In this document: piece after piece, positions 1 through 7,689 of the stretch
Layout of the letters: every line of letters begins with the position of its first letter
Position numbering within the stretch: the stretch's first letter is position 1
DNA from: an uncultured Planctomycetaceae bacterium
GTDB taxonomy: Bacteria; Planctomycetota; Planctomycetia; Planctomycetales; Planctomycetaceae
DNA length: 25,209 nt
Assembly: GCA_963976765.1 (NCBI GenBank)
Contig: CAXBME010000035.1
Span: 62,001-87,209 of the forward strand
Direction: 5' to 3'
Program-made: the position numbers and the translations under genes
Notes under the pieces: model-generated
Database searches by the model: none
The model's input: only the letters and a program-made list of their open reading frames with translations
What the model was told of the DNA's origin: nothing

Positions 1-221
1 GTGTGGCTCGTTCGGAAATAGCGAAGCGCGACTCGGTCAGGATACCGCTCGACCGCCGATTGAAGCAGTTGCTCAACACGCCGCGGCGTGTACTGAATCT
101 CTGGCGGAATTCCCAGCGGGTAAGACTTATGCCAGGAGGCTGTCGACGCACCGAAAATCGGCGTCACAGGAAATGGCGAATCAGCAAAATCACGAGCGGA
201 TTCAAACGGTACAGTTTCCAT
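1..221 (-). CDS. fadD: Long-chain-fatty-acid--CoA ligase (AMP-binding family), 5' part only; gene continues beyond the left edge
   Basis: Translated by hand (absent from the ORF track). ATG at 221 follows GGGAG-N6. It reads METVPFESARDFADSPFPVTPIFGASTASWHKSYPLGIPPEIQYTPRRVEQLLQSAVERYPDRVALRYFRTSH, open to the edge. The W-x-x-SYP-x-G(I/V)P-x-EI...RYPDRVAL pattern is the typical FadD/LcfA N-terminus. The AMP-binding motif lies outside the window. Confidence 0.75.
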   Translation of the reverse strand, partial: METVPFESARDFADSPFPVTPIFGASTASWHKSYPLGIPPEIQYTPRRVEQLLQSAVERYPDRVALRYFRTSH

Positions 222-397
222 TGGTAACTCCCACTATCCCTGTCTGGAGTACAGGTCACAGCACCAGAGCTTCCGACGAAACTGGACGGAGAGTGTCAGC
301 CATTTCCGCCAGCTCTGAAAAAGAGAGCAGAGGCAAAAAGACTGCACCTTCGGCCTGAGGCCCATCGGCTCGGACGTTTTTCTGAGGAGCGACCGTC

Positions 398-553
398 ATG
401 GCCTCTCAAACACAGATTCCTGTCCGAAACCCGCTTTCAATCATTGAGCGTCTGCTCAGACAATCGAAAACAGTTCTGGTGAATGCACAAAAAGGGAGCG
501 GGATTGTCCGAGTCGACGTCCGCCAGCTTCGGACACTGATCAGTAACCGTTAA
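398..553 (+). CDS. Possible 51-aa small protein of unknown function
   Basis: GAGGAG at 384-389, 8 nt before ATG 398. Reads MASQTQIPVRNPLSIIERLLRQSKTVLVNAQKGSGIVRVDVRQLRTLISNR, stop TAA 551-553. No recognisable family. Confidence 0.25.
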   Translation: MASQTQIPVRNPLSIIERLLRQSKTVLVNAQKGSGIVRVDVRQLRTLISNR

Positions 554-855
554 CGAAACCTCATCCGAACGGCGACTGCCGACAGGCGAGTTTCTCTGAT
601 TTGCTTGTGAAGTGATTGTGCGAAGGGGGAACGCACAGACATGACCGGGTATGCTTCGCGAGAACAGAAGAAGTGATGACTGAACGCTTCCCGCAAAGCG
701 ACGATCATTTATCACTTATCGGAATTCGCAACAAGATTGATCAGGAATTCCTGCAGAGGTGGTTTCCCAGCCGCAGGGCCAAGTTGTTTTCTACCGACCT
801 GCAGCCAGCGGCCCGTGAGTCCAAGGGGCTGAGATTCCTGCCGTAAAAATTTTCA

Positions 856-926
856 GCCACAGAGCACACAGAGTTCTCAGAGGATTTATTTTTGAGCTTC
901 TTCGTGACATCAGTGCTCTCTGTGCC
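856..926. repeat. Degenerate REP-like palindromic element with 9-bp periodic arms
   Basis: Left arm: CACAGAG (858), CACAGAG (867), CTCAGAG (876). AT-rich centre. Right arm: CTTCGTG (900), ATCAGTG (909), CTCTGTG (918), i.e. imperfect reverse complements with the same 9-bp period. Confidence 0.6.
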
Positions 927-967
927 TTTTCCAGTTTCAACAAGCTCCAAAGGGATTGACCATAAAC

Positions 968-1726
968 ATGTCTACAGAAAATAAAGTCGCCATCATCACG
1001 GGAGCCGGCTCGGGCGTCGGGCGAGCATCGGCACTGGCATTACTCAAGGAAGGTTACTCCGTCGCGATCGCCGGTCGCCGCGCAGACGCTCTTCAGAAGA
1101 CGATTGAACTTGCGGGAGATGCCTCGTCAAGAGTGCTCGCCGTACCGACGAACGTGTGCGACGCAGCGTCCGTCGAGAACCTCTTCACAAAAACTGTTGA
1201 AGCATTCGGGCGAGTTGACGTTCTCTTCAACAACGCCGGAACGAGCGCACCGGCGATCCCGCTGGAAGATCTCACCCCCGAGCAGTGGCAGGCCGTTGTC
1301 GACGTCAACCTGACAGGGCCGTTTCTCTGCACACAGGCAGCTTTCCGAGTGATGAAAAGTCAGACTCCACAAGGCGGTCGGATCATCAACAACGGCTCCA
1401 TTTCCGCTCAAACACCCAGGCCCCATTCCTCGCCCTACACCGCCACAAAGCACGCCATCACAGGACTGACCAAGTCAACGTCGCTCGACGGACGCCGATA
1501 CAACATTGCCTGCGGACAGATCGACATCGGCAACGCCGCCACGGAGATGACCGAACGCATGGCCGACGGAGTTCCTCAGGCTGATGGCTCGATCGCTGTC
1601 GAACCGCGAATGGACGTCAACGATGTCGCCAGCGCCATCGTCTACATGTCCAGCCTGCCGCTCGAATCAAACGTCCTGACGATCACCGTCATGGCTACAA
1701 AAATGCCGCTTGTAGGACGAGGCTGA
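968..1726 (+). CDS. Short-chain dehydrogenase/reductase (classical SDR family)
   Basis: TGAGSGVG (TGxxxGxG) nucleotide-binding motif, NNAG, catalytic Ser (GSIS) and YTATK (YxxxK). ATG 968 preferred over TTG 956. Confidence 0.95.
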   Translation: MSTENKVAIITGAGSGVGRASALALLKEGYSVAIAGRRADALQKTIELAGDASSRVLAVPTNVCDAASVENLFTKTVEAFGRVDVLFNNAGTSAPAIPLEDLTPEQWQAVVDVNLTGPFLCTQAAFRVMKSQTPQGGRIINNGSISAQTPRPHSSPYTATKHAITGLTKSTSLDGRRYNIACGQIDIGNAATEMTERMADGVPQADGSIAVEPRMDVNDVASAIVYMSSLPLESNVLTITVMATKMPLVGRG

Positions 1727-1846
1727 GAAAGTCGCGAGACCGCAGCCGAGGGGCTCGACGCTGGCGTCTGGTCCGCTAACATTCGGACCGGCGGGCAAAG
1801 GCCCACGGACAACTGGCAGCAAAACAGGATTATGAAGGCTCCGGCA

Positions 1847-2230
1847 ATGAGTGACGGCAAGATCAGCGGCAAGGTTCATTTCATCGACGAAACGAAGACG
1901 TTCGGCCAGAACGGCTTCCGTAAACGGACAGTCGTCCTGGAAAAAGACAGCGGACGATTCACCAATTACATCCCGATTGAATTTATCCAGGAAAGTTGCG
2001 ACACCGTCGATTCGCTGAAGGTCGGCGACGAAGCCGAAATCACGTTCGAACTGACCGGTCGAAAATGGCAGCGCGACGCAGCCAGCGAAGTGAAATACTT
2101 CCTGAACGCTCAGGCCAGCAGCTTTCGAGTACTCGGCGACGCGGCCCCTGCAGGTACCGACGACGACGGTGCTCCGATGTTCGACCCGTCGAACGAAACA
2201 GAATTCGACGAAGACAACGTCCCGTTCTAA
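1847..2230 (+). CDS. DUF3127-family protein, single-stranded DNA-binding (SSB)-like OB fold
   Basis: Pattern G.NGF.KR..VL....YIPIEF.Q......LKVGD...I.F.L.GR.W....KYF, then an acidic flexible tail ending EFDEDNVPF like the SSB C-terminal tip. The start could alternatively be 1832. Confidence 0.85.
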   Translation: MSDGKISGKVHFIDETKTFGQNGFRKRTVVLEKDSGRFTNYIPIEFIQESCDTVDSLKVGDEAEITFELTGRKWQRDAASEVKYFLNAQASSFRVLGDAAPAGTDDDGAPMFDPSNETEFDEDNVPF

Positions 2231-2242
2231 ACGAAGCTCGCA

Positions 2243-2261
2243 GGTCAGGAGCCGCCTGACC
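2243..2261. terminator. Hairpin between convergent genes (possible terminator or RNA-stabilising stem)
   Basis: GGTCAGG-agccg-CCTGACC, a perfect 7-bp stem starting 13 nt after the DUF3127 stop. No clear U-tract. Confidence 0.3.
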
Positions 2262-2278
2262 GAGTCGTCAGAGATCTG

Positions 2279-2346
2279 AACCTCGAAATACGCCATAAGC
2301 ACAAGAAGGTCATGCCGTCTTTCGTGTTTTGGTGTGTTTCGCGGTT
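2279..2346. repeat. Degenerate REP-like inverted repeat between convergent genes
   Basis: Left arm AACCTCGAAATACGCCATAAGCACAAGAA compared with the reverse complement of the right arm, AACCGCGAAACACACCAAAACACGAAA. Confidence 0.55.
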
Positions 2347-2398
2347 TCCAGTCGCGTTTGAGATTCTTCGTGCTGAATTTCGTCAGGCAGAACCTGAC

Positions 2399-3931
2399 CT
2401 ACGGTTGCGGCTTCGCGTGGAGGGCCTGGCGTCGCTGAGCAGGCTGCGCTGAACTGATTGCGTCGTCGGGCGGCCGGAGGTCGAAGGGCCGCAGGAAGGC
2501 CGGTCGGTCTCGGCGACCGCCTCGGACGTAATCCCGCCAGAGAGACTGTGCGACATTTTCCGGAGCAAGGCCGCAGGTCTCAGTCAGAAACTCGAAAAGC
2601 CGCTCCGAAAGTCTGGCCAGCGGAATTCCGTGCGCACGTTGCTCGCGCTCAAACAGCCAGTCGCTGAGTGCCAGAAAACTCCCGAAGGGCGAACCAGACT
2701 CCTGCCAGATCAGCTCTCGGGACTCGACGAAGTTGCCGCTGTTCGCAATCAGATCCCAGTATCTCGCAAAACGCCGCAGCCGGTGCATCGTCGCGAAATC
2801 GACCAGACTGTTGCTGAGAATTTCGTACGGCGGAGCAGCGCTGTAAACCATTTGCCACTCGGCATCGTGCCGAATAATCGGCGTGCCGCGGAGGCGTTTC
2901 AGGATACCAACCTGGATCTCCTGCGGTTCGAGACGCACCAGTTTGTCGAAACCGGCGCCGAAACTTTCGAGCGTTTCTCCTGGCAGGCCGACGATCAGGT
3001 CCGCGTGAATGTGGACTCCGGTCTGCTCGTTCAGGAAGCGGAAATTCCCGGCCAGCTTCTCGTTGTCCTGCTGCCGGCTGATCAACTTCCCCACTTCGTC
3101 GTTAAAAGTCTGGACGCCGATTTCAAACTGAAGCACGCCCGGCGCGAACTGTGAAATCAATTCTCGAAGGGATTCAGGCAAGCGATCCGGAATCATTTCG
3201 AAATGCAGAAAGAGCCCCGGTTCGTAGCGTTCGAGGAAGAAGTTGAGAATCGCCTGACTAACTCGCAGGTTCAGATTGAATGTCCGGTCGACAAATTTGA
3301 ATTGCCGAACCCCGCGATCAAACAACGACTGCATCGCCGCCAGAAACGTTTCGAGGTTTGCCTGTCGAACGGGAATTTCGAGAGCCGACAGGCAGAACTC
3401 GCAGGTAAACGGGCAGCCACGTGAAGCCTCGACGTAGATGACGCGGTGGCGAATGTCTTCGTCCGTGTAGAAATCGTACGGGAGCCTGAGCTGCTCGAAC
3501 TGCGGTGGCGGGGCGTGGATGATCTTTTCGAGTGGCGGCGTTCGAGCAAGCAGCTGCTGGCACAATTCCGGAAACGCGAGGTCGCCTTCTCCCGTGATGA
3601 CGTAATCAGCCAGCTCAACAATTGGTTCTCCGTCGGTCTCGTAACTGACTTCCGGGCCGCCAAGCACAATCTGAATGCCGGGTCGCAGTCGCTTGAGATC
3701 GGCAACCAGCTTCGTCGTGGGCTCAATATTCCAGATGTAAACGCCAAGACCGACGACCTGCGGTTCCTCATCAAGAATCTTTGTAAGGACGTCAGTCGTG
3801 TTCTCGCTCAGGCCGAATTCAAGCATCGCCGTCTGAGCACTCAGATCGCCCATATTCGCCAGCAGATATCTCAACCCGAAAGCTGAGTGCCAGTACCTGG
3901 CGTTAAAAGTGGCAATGACAATGTCGGCCAT
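2399..3931 (-). CDS. Cobalamin(B12)-binding radical SAM protein (DUF4080-type C-terminus)
   Basis: N-terminal B12-binding-type domain ([33 protein letters not shown]), radical SAM motif [13 protein letters not shown] (CxxxCxxC), [17 protein letters not shown], and PPYEIL near the C-terminus. Confidence 0.92.
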   Translation of the reverse strand: MADIVIATFNARYWHSAFGLRYLLANMGDLSAQTAMLEFGLSENTTDVLTKILDEEPQVVGLGVYIWNIEPTTKLVADLKRLRPGIQIVLGGPEVSYETDGEPIVELADYVITGEGDLAFPELCQQLLARTPPLEKIIHAPPPQFEQLRLPYDFYTDEDIRHRVIYVEASRGCPFTCEFCLSALEIPVRQANLETFLAAMQSLFDRGVRQFKFVDRTFNLNLRVSQAILNFFLERYEPGLFLHFEMIPDRLPESLRELISQFAPGVLQFEIGVQTFNDEVGKLISRQQDNEKLAGNFRFLNEQTGVHIHADLIVGLPGETLESFGAGFDKLVRLEPQEIQVGILKRLRGTPIIRHDAEWQMVYSAAPPYEILSNSLVDFATMHRLRRFARYWDLIANSGNFVESRELIWQESGSPFGSFLALSDWLFEREQRAHGIPLARLSERLFEFLTETCGLAPENVAQSLWRDYVRGGRRDRPAFLRPFDLRPPDDAISSAQPAQRRQALHAKPQP

Positions 3932-3961
3932 TGGAGAAACCAGTACCGATCTTCATCCCGC

Positions 3962-4705
3962 CTAACGGGAGGCAATTGCCTGCGCGATGGGACGGAGCAC
4001 CTGCTCGATAACATGCCGCTCAAGCAGCTCTTCGCTGTTGGCACGTAACGCCTTCAACGAATCCAGGAATGACGTGTCCGGGCCGAGGCTCCCGTATTGT
4101 CTCACCGTGAAGTAAACGCTGAGCGGCTCTTCTGGAAACTCATCACGGCGCACCTGGTAAGCGTTAGTTCGAGTTTCGATCACCAGTCGAGCCTGACGTC
4201 GGCAGGAGCCTTCCAAAGCCAGTGTGACGCTGGGTTCAAAGTTCAACACCTGGGCACCAGAAATCCCGGCAAAGGCATCGTACGAGGGGCTGACTCCGAG
4301 TGCGTCGGCGACGAGTTCATCGTGATTTCCACGATAGAGAAAATCGAACCCGATCATATAGTCAAGCGCTTCGCAGTCGAGCTGGCTGACCGACAGCATG
4401 TAAGGAATCAGCTCAAGGACAAGCTCATGCTGACCAACCGCGTCGTCGATTGAAGTCTGGTTCAACGCTCCGCTGCAAATGCGGCGAGGCTCGATCGAAA
4501 TCCAACGTTGCTGGCCGCTCTCTTTGTCCTGTTCGAGAACAAAGTCGCCATTCTCGCGCTGAAAGAAATTCCGCAGCGACGGGTAACTCTTCTGCACGCG
4601 TTCGAGAAATCCGAGCACGGTCTCTCGGCCGTTGGGCAGCGCCATCTCTGTGCTGAGATTCATGTTGCAGTAGTAGTCGTCGGCCAGGTCGGCATACAGA
4701 TTCAT
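3962..4705 (-). CDS. Conserved hypothetical protein, probably co-transcribed with the radical SAM gene
   Basis: 247-aa ORF with globular composition, GAGG upstream of ATG 4705, ending 30 nt before the radical SAM start. No catalytic motif recognised. Confidence 0.85.
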   Translation of the reverse strand: MNLYADLADDYYCNMNLSTEMALPNGRETVLGFLERVQKSYPSLRNFFQRENGDFVLEQDKESGQQRWISIEPRRICSGALNQTSIDDAVGQHELVLELIPYMLSVSQLDCEALDYMIGFDFLYRGNHDELVADALGVSPSYDAFAGISGAQVLNFEPSVTLALEGSCRRQARLVIETRTNAYQVRRDEFPEEPLSVYFTVRQYGSLGPDTSFLDSLKALRANSEELLERHVIEQVLRPIAQAIASR

Positions 4706-4896
4706 CAATCGCCTCAGTGAATTCAGGCCGCGCCTGAAAGGAAAATTCGAAGCAGCTTCGCGCCGACACTCGATCCAAAAGGCCGGTTGAGTTTCCGTTC
4801 CGTCCGTGGCGGCGTAGTGTACCGGTGCCCTGAATGACGGTCAAAGAGGCCGCAACTCGCGAACTTCCTGGCCACTTCCGACAAGGAACCACATCA

Positions 4897-5511
4897 ATGT
4901 CTCAACGCAAAGCCCGAAATGAGTCTGAGATTTTTGACGACACGCTGGACGTCAGGTTCGAGGTTTCAGTTTTTGAAACTTCATTGAGGTGGCTGGCGAT
5001 CGCTGCCCGCAATGGAGTACTGACTCGTGTCAAAATCGGCCATCCATCAGAAGAAATGGCGTTGCAGGCTTTCGTCGTCGAAGAAAATCTGACCGACACA
5101 CAGATCGACATCGTCAACTGGGCTCCCGACCTGCGCGACCAGTTAACACGATTCGCGGATGGCGAGCCGGTCTCCTTCGAAAAAGTTGAGCTATCCTGGC
5201 CGAAGCCGTTGACTCGATTCCGTAAGCGAGTGATCTCAGAAGTTCGCCGCATCTCGTGGGGAAACACGCTGACTTATGGCGAGATCGCCAAACGCGCGGG
5301 CTCGTCGGGCGCTGCCAGAGCCGTCGGAACAGCCATGTCAACAAACCGGTTTCCGTTCGTCATCCCCTGTCATCGCGTTGTCGGCAGTGCCGGCGGACTG
5401 GGCGGCTTCACAGCGCCCGGCGGAACAGGTTTGAAAGAGCAGCTCCTGATGATGGAAAGCGACTCGTCGAATACTCCCCTGTTCTCAGGCCGTCAGCTTG
5501 TGCAAGCGTAA
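4897..5511 (+). CDS. ogt: Methylated-DNA--protein-cysteine methyltransferase (O6-alkylguanine-DNA alkyltransferase)
   Basis: TYGEIA...GAARAVGTAM..N...VIPCHRVV...GGLGGF...K..LL..E, with the active-site PCHR motif. AAGGA precedes ATG 4897. Confidence 0.93.
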   Translation: MSQRKARNESEIFDDTLDVRFEVSVFETSLRWLAIAARNGVLTRVKIGHPSEEMALQAFVVEENLTDTQIDIVNWAPDLRDQLTRFADGEPVSFEKVELSWPKPLTRFRKRVISEVRRISWGNTLTYGEIAKRAGSSGAARAVGTAMSTNRFPFVIPCHRVVGSAGGLGGFTAPGGTGLKEQLLMMESDSSNTPLFSGRQLVQA

Positions 5512-5707
5512 TCGCTTCGGCAGAAATCAAAGCAACGGTTTGACAGGATGCAACCCGGATTCACCCGGAAATAAGCTGAGGATGTAACAACTGCCCATTT
5601 GCAGATGGCGGAGCTTTCGGCGGAGTGAATACGCTCGATACAATCGTCACGTGGCGAGTATCCTGACCGATGCTTAAGAACGCAGCCCGCGGCCCGCAGG
5701 TTTTCCA

Positions 5708-6250
5708 ATGAACGTTAGTTTTGTCCGACCAGCCGTCTCGGAACTCAGGTTCCATCTGTTTGAGCGTTCGCTTCATCCCGAGCTGTTCGACATTCGAAAA
5801 CAGGATCAAATTCGTCAGCCGGACTACACCGCGAAGATACGAATCTGCGATGCCGGCCATCTGGTAACTATCCAGTTTGGCGACCTGATCCTTTCGGAAG
5901 TTGTCGCCAGCCGCAGCCAGCCACTTCCTGATCGAAACGAGCGATTCCATCGCCATCTGAAAGGCAGCCGTGACGAGTCGGTCAAATGCGGCGACCGGGT
6001 CACGTATCACATGAGCTATCAGGTCGAAAAGCTCTCGCCGGAAGTGTTCCTCAACATGCACGAGGAATTGCAGCACGACTGCCAGAGAGCCCCCATCTCT
6101 CACTGCTTCAGTTCGCCCAATCGACTGTCTCCAGCAGCTCTGAGTTTCATTCAGACGGACGTCTGGCCGCACAGCCTGTTGATCCATGCGTTCCACACAT
6201 TTCCGGAGGACTGTGCGATCGTGAAAACGCAGTCCCTGTTCGAGCTGTAG
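5708..6250 (+). CDS. DUF2617-type protein of unknown function
   Basis: RP....L.FHLF.RSLHPELF at the N-terminus and HAFHTFPED.AIVKTQSLFE at the C-terminus match my recollection of this family. Confidence 0.75.
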   Translation: MNVSFVRPAVSELRFHLFERSLHPELFDIRKQDQIRQPDYTAKIRICDAGHLVTIQFGDLILSEVVASRSQPLPDRNERFHRHLKGSRDESVKCGDRVTYHMSYQVEKLSPEVFLNMHEELQHDCQRAPISHCFSSPNRLSPAALSFIQTDVWPHSLLIHAFHTFPEDCAIVKTQSLFEL

Positions 6251-6303
6251 CCACGCTGTCGCGACTTTGGCAGCGTCCAATCGAGCCGACCTGTAAACAA
6301 AAC

Positions 6304-6332
6304 CGACGATTCCGAGCACGTCGCGTTTTTTT
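6304..6332 (+). terminator. Possible intrinsic terminator nested in a larger stem
   Basis: CGACG-N10-CGTCG followed by CG and T7. Enclosed by the perfect 10-bp inverted repeat CCAATCGAGC (6277-6286) / GCTCGATTGG (6333-6342). Confidence 0.5.
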
Positions 6333-6841
6333 GCTCGATTGGGGTTTCATCAGTTTTGGGAGCCGATTATTCGTTCGCTTCCTCGCCGACTCGCGGCTGA
6401 CCTGCCCCCGCCTATCAGCTCAAATTGACGCACGGATGCGTAATCAAGAACCGACAGCAATTTCTCAAATCCCCCCGGGGCCTGCACAACGAGGCAAATC
6501 GCACTGCTCCGGGTGGTCGATAGAACCATCAGCGGCATCGGCCATAACCGATCGCATCCGTCGGGAAGAACGCCACTTTTCAGTCACGCGCCGCCATACT
6601 GAATTGTCCAGCGTATTCAGTCTTTCGCCGCCAATCTTTGATTCCTTCACGTGGAAAAGCGGCATTCACCGTACACCAATCTGTCAGCCAGCGACGACCT
6701 ACGTGTTACCCGCTGAACTCTATTTCCCTACTGGTTTAACGACCTCAAACTGGATTTCGGATTCGGCATCCTCGAGGTCGTCAGCGGTTGCCTCTCAAAA
6801 TTCGTGACTCGACGTTTCCCTATGACTTCTGTGGACGCATC

Positions 6842-7063
6842 ATGAAAAACGCTCCAAGTCTTGTTGCATTGCTGGGTGGTGGGTTGTTTCTCTGGGCCAT
6901 TGCCTGCTTCGCCTTGCATGGACCGGTCATTCTTGCCTACATCGCAATTCAGGTCGCAACGTCCGGAATCTTTGCACTGGAGATGCGACGGATCGAGAAA
7001 TCGATCCCGAAGCGAGCAGCTGCAACGGTCAAGGCCAACAGCTCGGCAACACGAGCCGCCTGA
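6842..7063 (+). CDS. Small (73 aa) membrane protein of unknown function
   Basis: Two hydrophobic segments (LVALLGGGLFLWAIACFAL; VILAYIAIQVATSGIFAL), a basic tail and a downstream strong hairpin. Confidence 0.65.
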   Translation: MKNAPSLVALLGGGLFLWAIACFALHGPVILAYIAIQVATSGIFALEMRRIEKSIPKRAAATVKANSSATRAA

Positions 7064-7137
7064 ACAAACGGCTAATTACTGCCTGAATATGCAGAATTTC
7101 GTGATAGATCACCATCCTTCGCGACCACAGTCTGTTT

Positions 7138-7197
7138 ACGCCCGATTGACAACGGCCCTATTTTCGGGCTGCCGTCAATCGGGCGTTTTGCGTTTTC
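7138..7197 (+). terminator. Long hairpin / intrinsic terminator
   Basis: Perfect 13-bp stem ACGCCCGATTGAC / GTCAATCGGGCGT, inner stem CGGCCC/GGGCTG, followed by TTTGCGTTTT. Confidence 0.6.
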
Positions 7198-7553
7198 AGA
7201 ATCTCGACATCGGAAGAGACGCGCCACTTAAGTCTGTCAGTATTCCGACATTCATCTGCGGACCGCGATTTTCGACAATCTGGAACAGATCGATCATCTC
7301 GAATACACATTCGAGCAATTGTCGAATTAAGCAGTCAGCGAACTTCGACAACACCTCGCGTTAACCTTTTATTAACTCGCTATTTACAACGAAACACGGT
7401 CCTGCGGGCGAACGGGAGCAGCTAACACGGCGGCAGTCTTACAGCTCAGGGTCTGACGATTTTTCCATTTTCCGGATTTCTCTAACTCTCATGGTGGCGA
7501 CGAGTTTCGACACCTGGTGCGACCATCTGAACGAGTCAGTTTGTAACGGCGGC

Positions 7554-7581
7554 TTGACAGACTGAAGGGCCGATTTAAGAT
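7554..7581 (+). promoter_or_regulatory. Sigma70-type promoter for nrdJ
   Basis: TTGACA (7554-7559), 16-bp spacer, TAAGAT (7576-7581), immediately upstream of two NrdR boxes. Confidence 0.7.
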
Positions 7582-7598
7582 TCCCGCTCGCTTCTGAG

Positions 7599-7614
7599 TC
7601 ACTACATCTTGGGC
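7599..7614. promoter_or_regulatory. NrdR box 1
   Basis: TCACTACATCTTGGGC against the NrdR consensus acaCwAtATaTwGtgt, upstream of a ribonucleotide reductase gene. Confidence 0.8.
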
Positions 7615-7629
7615 TTCATTTTGGCGACA

Positions 7630-7645
7630 ACACTACCGATAGTGT
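7630..7645. promoter_or_regulatory. NrdR box 2
   Basis: ACACTACCGATAGTGT, with perfect palindromic arms ACACTA/TAGTGT. It starts 31 bp after box 1, the usual tandem NrdR spacing of about three helical turns. Confidence 0.8.
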
Positions 7646-7689
7646 CTGGTAGAGTTTCCGTTCAAGCTCGGCGTCTCTGATGTCAGTTC

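Noticed and set aside
437..950. ORF-track ORFs 437-715, 616-846 and 741-950
   Set aside because: No convincing start context or motifs. The 741-950 ORF is partly a translation of the REP-like repeat (GTESTDVTK).
4722..4760. Short palindromes TTCAGGC-cgc-GCCTGAA and CGAAG-cag-CTTCG between the hypothetical gene and ogt
   Set aside because: Short stems without U-tracts or a recognisable regulator consensus.
5540..5590. TTGACA and repeated AGGATGYAAC upstream of the DUF2617-type gene as a promoter or operator
   Set aside because: There is no acceptable -10 element at 16-18 bp and only two short copies, so it cannot be distinguished from chance.
5561..6807. Long alternative ORFs 5561-6319 (-) and 5986-6807 (+)
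   Set aside because: They overlap the DUF2617-type gene, have no recognisable motifs and look like shadow ORFs of GC-rich DNA.
7483..7507. TAACTC-N13-GAGTTT as a dif/Xer-like recombination site
   Set aside because: It resembles a spaced palindrome I recall from Planctomycete intergenic DNA, but the arms are short and imperfect and no recombinase is nearby.
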